Shown piece after piece: positions 37,615-45,715 of a stretch of 64,000 nucleotides of DNA (the stretch's first letter is position 1; the number at the start of each line of letters is the position of its first letter). Position numbers and translations under genes: made by a program. Source of the DNA: Anaerolineae bacterium (lineage in GTDB: Bacteria; Chloroflexota; Anaerolineae; DUEN01); contig DAOUBB010000009.1 in NCBI GenBank assembly GCA_034432955.1, positions 24,347 through 88,346 on the forward strand. Reading direction: 5' to 3'. The notes below the pieces were generated by a model. It had not been told where the DNA came from and did not search any database. It saw nothing but the letters and a program-made list of their open reading frames with translations.

Positions 37615-38946
37615 TTGCGGCGCTCATGGGGCGTTATGGTGCTCGGCCTGATCGCCTGGGTTTTCGCCCTGAACACAGGCCGGGAGATCGCGTATACCGT
37701 GGCGTATCTGATCACTGCGGTCATCGTCCTCGCCTTTTTCTGGACGTGGTCTGGCGTCCACTGGGTCCGGGTCAGGCGCTTCACGCGTGCTCGGCGGACG
37801 CAGGTGGGACGATATGCGGAAGAGCAATTCGAAATCGAGAACTGCTCGCCGCTGGCCAAGCTCTGGCTGGAAGTGCGCGATCTCTCCGATCTGCCCGGAC
37901 ACCAGGTCAGCCGGGTCATCAGCTCTCTGGGTGGGCACCGCACGCAACGCTGGATGGTGCGCACGCTCTGCCTGCGGCGCGGCCGCTACACCCTGGGCCC
38001 GATGATTCTGAGCTCTGGCGATCCCTTCGGTCTCTTCCGCATAGAGCAGCTGCTGCCCGCCACGTCCCCGATGGTCGTATACCCGGCGACCATAGACCTT
38101 CCCGGTTTCATGCCCCCCATGGGTGAATTGCCCGGCGGCGACGCGGTGCGCCGCCGTACCCATTACGTCACCACCAATGTAGCCGGCGTGCGCGATTACC
38201 AGCCGGGCGATTCGTTCAACCGGATTCACTGGCCATCCACCGCTCGCACGGGCCGTCTGATCGTCAAAGAGTTCGAGCTAGATCCCACGACGGATATCTG
38301 GATTTTCCTGGACATGGACGAGACGGTTCAGGCGGCAGCCCCCTGGGCGATGGAGCTCCCTCATCCAGGGCCCATCGCCCTGCAACGCGAGCTACCTCGC
38401 CTGACGTTGATCCCCAGCACCGAGGAATACGGGGTCACCGTAGCCGCCTCGGTCGCCCGCCATTTCCTGATGCGCAACCGGGCTGTCGGGTTCATCGCCA
38501 ACGCCCAGCGACGCGAGGTGATCCAGGCAGATCGCGGCGAGCGGCAGTTGACCAGGATCCTGGAGACGTTAGCGGTGATCGAGGCGCGCGGCCGAATGCC
38601 ATTTGCTCAGGTGCTGGCCATCGAAGGTCAGCATCTGAGCCGCAACGCGTCGGTCATCGCCATCTCCCCAGCCACGTCGTCGAGCTGGGTGATGGCTCTG
38701 CGAGACCTGAACCGGCGCGGCGTGCGCAGCCTGGCCATCCTGCTGGCCGCCAACACCTTCGGTTCGGCGCCCTCCTGGCAAGAGACGCTGATGGCTCTCC
38801 ACATGAACGGCATCCTCACTTACCTGGTGCGCCGCGGCGACGCCATTGACCGCGCGTTGGCCAGGCCGGCTTCGCCGGAGCCCGCCCGCCTGACCCCGCT
38901 CGGGCTGATCTCCGACGACGGGCGTCAGGCCTCCCTCAGCAGGTGA
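37615..38946 (+). CDS. DUF58 domain protein (MoxR partner)
   Basis: N-terminal TM helices plus GVRDYQPGDSFNRIHW DUF58 signature. Confidence 0.8.
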   Translation: MRRSWGVMVLGLIAWVFALNTGREIAYTVAYLITAVIVLAFFWTWSGVHWVRVRRFTRARRTQVGRYAEEQFEIENCSPLAKLWLEVRDLSDLPGHQVSRVISSLGGHRTQRWMVRTLCLRRGRYTLGPMILSSGDPFGLFRIEQLLPATSPMVVYPATIDLPGFMPPMGELPGGDAVRRRTHYVTTNVAGVRDYQPGDSFNRIHWPSTARTGRLIVKEFELDPTTDIWIFLDMDETVQAAAPWAMELPHPGPIALQRELPRLTLIPSTEEYGVTVAASVARHFLMRNRAVGFIANAQRREVIQADRGERQLTRILETLAVIEARGRMPFAQVLAIEGQHLSRNASVIAISPATSSSWVMALRDLNRRGVRSLAILLAANTFGSAPSWQETLMALHMNGILTYLVRRGDAIDRALARPASPEPARLTPLGLISDDGRQASLSR

Positions 38947-39301
38947 TCCGCACTGTAAGCGGATTGCAAGCTGATAGCTGTTGACAATGTCCCCAGCCAC
39001 GCGAAATCAGCTTACTTCTATCTTATCTTTATCATCTTGGCTCATATCTAGAGCTAGTGCAGGTGCTTGTCTCGCCACCCGGCGATCCATCGCCGGGCTC
39101 CTACACAGCGCCCCGGGAACGGGGCTGAGCTTTCAGAAAATGCTGCCGTAACCATCCAGGCCCCCTCCCCCCTGGGCCCCGCCTCCCTGTCAAGCGGCTG
39201 CGCCGCCGCAAAACCCCCTTTGAGAGGATACTCCCTTCCCCAAGCTTGGGGAAGGGGGTCAGGGGGATGGGGTTGAAAGCCGACCACGAAGGAGCGAAAA
39301 A

Positions 39302-40345
39302 ATGAACCCATACGTGTTGGGAAGAGGCCATCAGGCCCTATGGTTTGCCGCGATTTTAGGGCTTTTCCTCCTGGCTGTAACGGTCACCGTGGGAGCTACT
39401 CCACCAGCTCCCGAGGACAGCGTATCTACGGTCGGCGCCCTATCACAACCGCCGGCGAGCCTGCAAAGCCCACAGGCGGATGGCTGCTTTGTGGGCATGG
39501 GGATCGGGCGCAAGATTCATGGGACCGATAATGGCGTTCCCATCAAACCTTGGGCCGGCATCCTGATCACCCAGATTAACAACCAGCAGGTCCCCGCCTT
39601 CTGTATTGACCTCGACCACGACATCTCGGCGGGAGATTGCTTCACCTTGAACGGGCCGACCTCCTGTGAGGTCGCGTGGCTGCTCAATCACTATCCGCCT
39701 GACTTCAACCTCAGCATGAAAGAAGCTATCGCCCGCCAGGCCGCGATCTGGTATTACACCGACAACTTTGTGGTGACCCCGCCGACTGATCCCGACATCA
39801 TCACGCGCACGCAGGAGATCCTCAACACGGTGCCCCAGCCATGCAGCCTGCCCATCAACCCACCCCAGCTCATCCTGGCCCCTTCTTCAGGCGAAAACAC
39901 TTTGCCCTTGGAGACCACCCACCCAATGACGGTCACGGTCACCCAGGACGGGCAGCCGGCGGCGGGCAAGGTGGTGCAGCTTGCGACCAGCTTCGGCACG
40001 CTGAGCGCACCCAGCGTCACCACCGATGGCAACGGCCAGGCGACTTTTACGGTGACCTCTGCCCAAACGGGAACCGCGACGATCACCGCGACCCTTAGCT
40101 ACAACCTGGTCCGGGGCACGGTGTTGATGCCCGGCGCGGATAAGCAGAGGCTAGGCATACCCAGCTCTCAACAGGGCACCGTCAACGCTACAGCCATCAA
40201 GACGTGGGAGGAGAGCGGCGTACCTACCAGCGTAACACTAACCCGGTTTCGCGGGCGCGCTCTTTCGTCAAGTCGGGCCTGGGCGCTGGCGTTGCCTTTG
40301 GTGGGAGCCGCATGGCTTTGGCGCCGCTGGCGCCGGTCCGGCTAG
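39302..40345 (+). CDS. Secreted thioester-domain (TQXA-like) surface protein with Ig-like domain and C-terminal hydrophobic/basic tail
   Basis: Signal peptide; FCIDLDHD (candidate thioester Cys) and RQAAIWYYTDN (TQxAIW-type Gln motif); Thr/Gly-rich Big-like repeat; C-terminal ALALPLVGAAWLWRRWRRSG anchor-like tail. Confidence 0.55.
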   Translation: MNPYVLGRGHQALWFAAILGLFLLAVTVTVGATPPAPEDSVSTVGALSQPPASLQSPQADGCFVGMGIGRKIHGTDNGVPIKPWAGILITQINNQQVPAFCIDLDHDISAGDCFTLNGPTSCEVAWLLNHYPPDFNLSMKEAIARQAAIWYYTDNFVVTPPTDPDIITRTQEILNTVPQPCSLPINPPQLILAPSSGENTLPLETTHPMTVTVTQDGQPAAGKVVQLATSFGTLSAPSVTTDGNGQATFTVTSAQTGTATITATLSYNLVRGTVLMPGADKQRLGIPSSQQGTVNATAIKTWEESGVPTSVTLTRFRGRALSSSRAWALALPLVGAAWLWRRWRRSG

Positions 40346-42680
40346 TCCGCAGTCCCAGCCACCCCATCGCCCCCAGGAAGGTCACGAACGAGATCCCCGC
40401 GCCCCACTGGAATGAGGCCGGCTGGAAGCGCATCACCACCTGATGCGTGCCCGCGGGGAGTGCGACGGCTCGTAGAACGCCGTCGGCCCGCAGAATCGGC
40501 GTGCGAACACCATTCACGAATGCCTTCCAGCCTGGATAATCCAGCTCGCTGAGCACAAGGACACAAGGGCGCGCGGTGCTCACCTCCAGCGCCAGGAATT
40601 CAGGCCGCCTCTCCTGCCAGACGATGCGCCCATCGCATTCCGCCTCGCCTTGCGCATGGAAACCCTCTGGCAGAGCCGGCAGCAGCACCTGTCGCCCCGG
40701 GTCGAAGTCATCGGCCGCCAGTCGCTGCCACAGGCGATCCTCATCGGGTTCGACCACCACCTCGCTGACCAGCCAGGCCCGCGCGCCGCTCTCAACCAGG
40801 CGGTACAGATAGGCTGGCTTACCGTTCCGGCCTTCTCCGGTGGCGATGCGCTCGGCCGGCACGTCCAACTCCTCGCGATCGCTCAGTACATACCTGACGT
40901 TCAGCAGTTTCCACGCCCGGGCTCGTGGAACGCGGTCTAAGAACGCCTGATAGCGCGCCAGCCGCAATGGGCTTCCCCCGCCTATGTCCTCCAGGCCATA
41001 AGCCAAGCCATAGTTTTCCGGCAGTGGGCCTTCATTGGCGATCCGAAACGGCTCGGAATCGGCCAGTGGGACCGCCAATAGCGGGTTCGGCGGGAAGGGA
41101 TCGGCGATGGCGACGCCGCTATGGTTGCCCGCGGTGAGCGTGAACAGGTCAAGCACCAACACGGCGCACAGCAGGGCCGGATGGCGACTGTACACGACCA
41201 GCGTGGACAGCCCCAGCAGTGACGCCAGGAACAGCGTGGCCGCCGTGAACCCCCACAATGCCTCTCTTCCCGCCTGGTATCCGACAAAGAACAGCAATGC
41301 CAGGACGAGCGCTCCCAACGTCGCCCAAACGTATCCCCGGATCAGCCCGCGCCAGAGCCGATGGGCGTTGGATTCGACCTCGCTCGACACCGCCGAGGAT
41401 CGCAGGGTAGTCAGCCAGGCCGCGCCGTAACCGGCCAGCAACGCGATCGCCCATACCGTCCAGACGACGGTTCTCTCCTGGTGGCGGAACCATCGCCAGC
41501 CGGGAACCAGAAGGTAGAAGAGCTGGTAGACGGGCAGGTGTTTGCCGAAGGACAGCAGGAGCGCCAACAGCCCGATCCCTCCCCAAAAATGGGGGTTGGA
41601 GCTCGGATACCGGAGACGGGAGGTGGGAAATGCTGCGTCTGGCGTCTGGCGTTCTGTTTGCTGTGGGCGTTCCGTACTGCGAACCAACGCCACAACGGCC
41701 AATCCGAGCGGTAACACGCCGACGTAGAGGGCAGGGAATGGGACGGCGACCGCCGGGAGAACCAACTGCAGCAAGTCGTAAGGGGTGAAACCGCTGCCTG
41801 CCTCGGCAAAGCTGATGCTGGCGCGAGTAGACAGGCGCATGAACTCCCATGACGGCCATAGTTGCACCATCGCGGTGCCCAGCCCCACCAGGCCGAACAG
41901 GGCGATGAACTTCAGGTTGGAGATGGGAGATGAGGGAAGTAGGCGGTAGAGAGCGAAGGCGAGGCTGCCATAGAACACGAGCAGAGCGGCCTGAGGGTGT
42001 CCGGCCAGCACGGAGATGCCCAACAACAGGCCCGCGCTAATGCTCCAGCGCGCCGCGGATCGCCCATTGCCGTCGGCCAGCCGCGCTCCGGCCAGGTCCA
42101 GGCAGAGGAGGATCAGTGGCAGCCAGGCCTGCGTTTCGAGGATAGCCAGTTGGAGCGGCGGATAGCTGGTCAGATAGCCGCTGAAAGTGAAGGTGATCGC
42201 CGTCACCAGCCCGCCCGCACGGCTGTGAGTCCAGCGACGGGCCAGCCAATAAGTGGAGAGGGCGACGAGCGGAAAATGAGCCAGTGCCTCTAGCTCCAGC
42301 GCATGAAGGGAGAAGCCGCTCCCCATCAGCCAGGTGAGCAACATGGTGAGCAAACTGACGGGATAAAACACCGCCGACTGGATGTCGGCCAGGAAGGGGT
42401 GGCCGGCATATGCATAGGGATTCCACAGGGGCAGGTACCCCGCATGAAGGCGGCTGGCCTCGTAGCGGGCAAATGCGTAAAAGTAATCGGTGAAGTCACC
42501 GGCTGCGAAGCTGCGACGATCTGCCCAGACCGGCGTCAGATCCCGCCAGAAAAAGAGCAGAGAGAGGGCCAACAACAATAGAGCGTCCAGAAGACCGTCA
42601 TACCGATCTCGCACCTGTTTGTCCAATGGACGATTCCCACCTTTAGATAAGAGGGTTAATCCATTCTTGACTCTGCCCAT
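40224..42680 (-). CDS. YfhO-family membrane glycosyltransferase-like protein
   Basis: 818 aa, many TM helices, YfhO-like N-terminal region (LFFWRDLTP...YLPLWNPYAYAGHPF); 3-prime end overlaps the convergent gene by 122 bp. Confidence 0.7.
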   Translation of the reverse strand: MGRVKNGLTLLSKGGNRPLDKQVRDRYDGLLDALLLLALSLLFFWRDLTPVWADRRSFAAGDFTDYFYAFARYEASRLHAGYLPLWNPYAYAGHPFLADIQSAVFYPVSLLTMLLTWLMGSGFSLHALELEALAHFPLVALSTYWLARRWTHSRAGGLVTAITFTFSGYLTSYPPLQLAILETQAWLPLILLCLDLAGARLADGNGRSAARWSISAGLLLGISVLAGHPQAALLVFYGSLAFALYRLLPSSPISNLKFIALFGLVGLGTAMVQLWPSWEFMRLSTRASISFAEAGSGFTPYDLLQLVLPAVAVPFPALYVGVLPLGLAVVALVRSTERPQQTERQTPDAAFPTSRLRYPSSNPHFWGGIGLLALLLSFGKHLPVYQLFYLLVPGWRWFRHQERTVVWTVWAIALLAGYGAAWLTTLRSSAVSSEVESNAHRLWRGLIRGYVWATLGALVLALLFFVGYQAGREALWGFTAATLFLASLLGLSTLVVYSRHPALLCAVLVLDLFTLTAGNHSGVAIADPFPPNPLLAVPLADSEPFRIANEGPLPENYGLAYGLEDIGGGSPLRLARYQAFLDRVPRARAWKLLNVRYVLSDREELDVPAERIATGEGRNGKPAYLYRLVESGARAWLVSEVVVEPDEDRLWQRLAADDFDPGRQVLLPALPEGFHAQGEAECDGRIVWQERRPEFLALEVSTARPCVLVLSELDYPGWKAFVNGVRTPILRADGVLRAVALPAGTHQVVMRFQPASFQWGAGISFVTFLGAMGWLGLRTSRTGASGAKAMRLPPKATPAPRPDLTKERARETGLVLRW

Positions 42681-42854
42681 TCTTTGCAGCTACATGGACA
42701 CGAAATACAATGCGTTCAACCATTTCCAGCCCTCAATGCCAGTCTATTATACGCTATGCTGGGCGGCTTGCTCAATCGCTTCAGCCGAACTTGATCATGG
42801 CTGGTCGTGCGGATTTCGCGTGCGGCATGCTTCAGCCAGTACGAGTAAGAGGCT

Positions 42855-45662
42855 TCATCGAATTTCGACCTCTCGTAAAGGGACCGCGTTGTCCCGTAGA
42901 GGCTGCCCGGCGGCATCCTGGGCAGGCAACCGCTGCCCGCTGGCGGGATCATACAGGCCAATGGCCAGCCGATAGATCCCCAACGGCAGATCTGACGGCA
43001 GGGAGAGCGTATAACGATCTACCACAACTTCGCCGGGGAGCCAGGTATTCGTTGGCGCTTCGCCACGCAGCGGGTAATCGTCTACCTGGGCGCGCAGGTT
43101 CCCCGCGGCATCGTACAGGTGCACGAAAACTTTGTAGCTGATCGGGACGCGTCCCCTGGCCTGCCAATAGAGGGTGATCTCCCAATCGCCGCCTCTGGCC
43201 GGTGAGGCCGGCATCACATCGTAGCCGCGCAGGGTGATGGCCTCGCCCAGGCGAATGTCCACCGGATGAGCCACCCGCGGCAGCCGATAGCGGCGCGCCC
43301 GCGCTTGTACGGAGACCTCACCGGCAATTACGGACGATGGGCTTCCGATCAGCGACAGGCGCAGGCGGTAGCGCCCACCCTCCAACGTCGGGTCTACCGT
43401 AAACGGATAGCGCTCTCGCATGATCTGGCCCGGTTGCCACCAGTCCACTGGGCTGGTGCTGAGCGGCAGGCTTTGGCTGGCCCGGACCCTGTTGCGACGA
43501 TCCAGCAGCTCGATCTGAAGATCCTTCCCGTTTGTCGGCTTCCCCTCCGCACGCCACCAGAGGGTCAGCTCCGCCGGCTGACCAGGGCGCAACGGATGGG
43601 GTGTCGCCGCGAACCCGAGCAGGGTCAGGTTGCCGTTCAGCGGCATGCTGACCCGCTTGGGGATGGCGAGAGCCTCGGGGGCAGGTGGCGGCCAAGCCGG
43701 TTGCACCCCGACCTCTCTCAACGGCGCGTCTGGGCCGTATTCCGTCTCAAGGGGAACGCCGGTAGATGGGTCATACACCCGTAAGGTGACCCGGTACGGG
43801 CCGGGCGGGAGATCGGGCGGCAGGAGCAGCCCGCGCCGGTCCAACGCGACCTGCCCGGGCCGCCAGCCGCTGGTCGGGGCGAACCAGTTCTGAGGCACGT
43901 AATCCTCTGCCAACCACACCCGTGCGTCGGCATCTTGCAGGCGCAGGCTGAATTTGAGATCGGGCAACGGCTGCGTGATACGCCAGTAGGTGGTGATGCG
44001 TAGCAGCTCGCCGGCGCGCATAGGCTCACGGCTATCTATCTCAACGCGGGTCAAGATCAGGTGCGGTCCAAAGGCCAGGTTGAGCGCCCGTTCTGTCCAC
44101 TCAGGAGCCGAGTCCGACCCGGCTGGCGCCGGCAGCCCGTACAGGGTCACGCGAATGCCATTGTGGTCGGTCTCGGCTGCTGGCCAGCCGTGCCTGGCCA
44201 GCCACGCCTGCACCGGGCCTGGGCCGTGGAAATAGAGCACCCCCCACGCACGTGAAGCGCCCTCGGTCACGGAACTCAGCGCCGCATTCACTTGCTGGGC
44301 CGTGGCATTCTGCAGGAAACGCAGGTCCACGACCCGGGCGCGCCCTCGGTAGTAGTGCAGGAAAACCTTTTGAGGATCCGGCCCGTCTACCAGGATGACA
44401 TCGCCGGGCCGCTCCAGTTGCTGAATGCGAAACGCGGCGCCCCGAAAGTCGGGTTTGTGCAGGCTCGTATCGGCGTACAGGCGCCCTAGGGCGAGGCCGT
44501 TCGCGGCCAGCAGCCCGATCAATACAGCCACCCCAATGGGGCGAACGCCCCATCGGGGCGGCTGTGTCCAGAGCTCGGCCAGCCCGCCGGCCACGAGCAG
44601 GATCAGAGGGGCGCTGATCATGATCGCGTACCGCTCGTGGAAGTCTGGGTTACGCAAGGCCAGGGCCATCACGGCGCCGAGCGGCACCACTACGCTGGTC
44701 ACAAGCAACAGGCTCGCTGCCTCTCGCCGACGCCACCACGCCAGAACGCCACTGATCGCCAGCGCCAGATAGAGCCAGGGCAGCCACGTATGCCAGGGCC
44801 GAGGCATGGCATCTCCCACTGTGTAGGCGGCCAGATAGCGCCACGGGATCTGCCTGGGATCGGCGGGCGTCCTCCAGCCGGGGAACTCGAAGATGCCAAG
44901 GGCGCGTGGCAGCCAGGGGAGGAAGAGCAGCGCAACGGCCACGCCAGCCAGCGCCCATCGACCTGTGGCCCGCAGCGAGGCAGCAAACGGAGAGGACACC
45001 CCAACGGCGCGCCCGCCGCTTCGACAGGCTTGCCACAGCCAGATCGGCATGAAGATACCGTGGGCTAAAGGCACGAGAAACCCGTAGTAATGCAGGTAAA
45101 GCGTCACGGCGGTTGCCAGGGCGTAACCAGCTACCACGATCCATCGCCGCCGGGAATCCGGATCGAGCAACAGCCGCCAGAACAGCCAGGTCGAGCTCAG
45201 GCTTGTCGCCAGCAGCCAGGTGTACATGCGCGACTCCTGGGCATACCAGACCTGAAATGAGCCGGTCGCCAGCAGGGCGGCGGCGATGACGCCGGCCAGG
45301 CGGCTGCCCAGGTCAACGCCCAGGCGGTAGACCAGCGCGATGGTCAACACGCCGGGCCATAGGGAGAGAAACCGCAACGCGAAGTCGCTGTCGCCAGCCA
45401 GCCGCAGCCAGAAGTGCAGCAACACGAAATAGCCTGGGAGATGCTCCACCGGCATCTCGCGGATCAACTGCGACAGGGGCTGTGCGGCTCGCAGCAGGCT
45501 GATGCCCTCGTCACTCCACAGGCTCTGATAGTCCAGGCGATAAGCGCGCAGGGCCAGGGCCACCACAAGCACCTCCACGATCGCCCACGAGAAAGCGCGG
45601 CTTGCGCCCGATTCAGGCTCTTTGGTTGGAGGACCCACGTCAACGGACGAGCTGGCGTTCAC
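42855..45662 (-). CDS. GT39/GT83 (ArnT/PMT-like) membrane glycosyltransferase with C-terminal repeated beta-domain region
   Basis: 935 aa; N-terminal polytopic ArnT-like region (RLDYQSLWSDEG...); C-terminal repeats (LYWQA..VFVHLYD..G..AQ.D..P.......W.PGEVV.D) shared with the next gene. Confidence 0.7.
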   Translation of the reverse strand: MNASSSVDVGPPTKEPESGASRAFSWAIVEVLVVALALRAYRLDYQSLWSDEGISLLRAAQPLSQLIREMPVEHLPGYFVLLHFWLRLAGDSDFALRFLSLWPGVLTIALVYRLGVDLGSRLAGVIAAALLATGSFQVWYAQESRMYTWLLATSLSSTWLFWRLLLDPDSRRRWIVVAGYALATAVTLYLHYYGFLVPLAHGIFMPIWLWQACRSGGRAVGVSSPFAASLRATGRWALAGVAVALLFLPWLPRALGIFEFPGWRTPADPRQIPWRYLAAYTVGDAMPRPWHTWLPWLYLALAISGVLAWWRRREAASLLLVTSVVVPLGAVMALALRNPDFHERYAIMISAPLILLVAGGLAELWTQPPRWGVRPIGVAVLIGLLAANGLALGRLYADTSLHKPDFRGAAFRIQQLERPGDVILVDGPDPQKVFLHYYRGRARVVDLRFLQNATAQQVNAALSSVTEGASRAWGVLYFHGPGPVQAWLARHGWPAAETDHNGIRVTLYGLPAPAGSDSAPEWTERALNLAFGPHLILTRVEIDSREPMRAGELLRITTYWRITQPLPDLKFSLRLQDADARVWLAEDYVPQNWFAPTSGWRPGQVALDRRGLLLPPDLPPGPYRVTLRVYDPSTGVPLETEYGPDAPLREVGVQPAWPPPAPEALAIPKRVSMPLNGNLTLLGFAATPHPLRPGQPAELTLWWRAEGKPTNGKDLQIELLDRRNRVRASQSLPLSTSPVDWWQPGQIMRERYPFTVDPTLEGGRYRLRLSLIGSPSSVIAGEVSVQARARRYRLPRVAHPVDIRLGEAITLRGYDVMPASPARGGDWEITLYWQARGRVPISYKVFVHLYDAAGNLRAQVDDYPLRGEAPTNTWLPGEVVVDRYTLSLPSDLPLGIYRLAIGLYDPASGQRLPAQDAAGQPLRDNAVPLREVEIR

Positions 45663-45715
45663 AGCCTGGAATCAAGCCCTTTCCCCGGATGCCAAACTGG
45701 ACAACTCAGGGGCCG

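Noticed and set aside
39067-39100. RNase P RNA-like GCCGGGCUCC segment
   Set aside because: The universally conserved upstream GGAAAGUCCGG (P4) and other RNase P signatures are absent. Treated as a generic GC hairpin within a structured leader.
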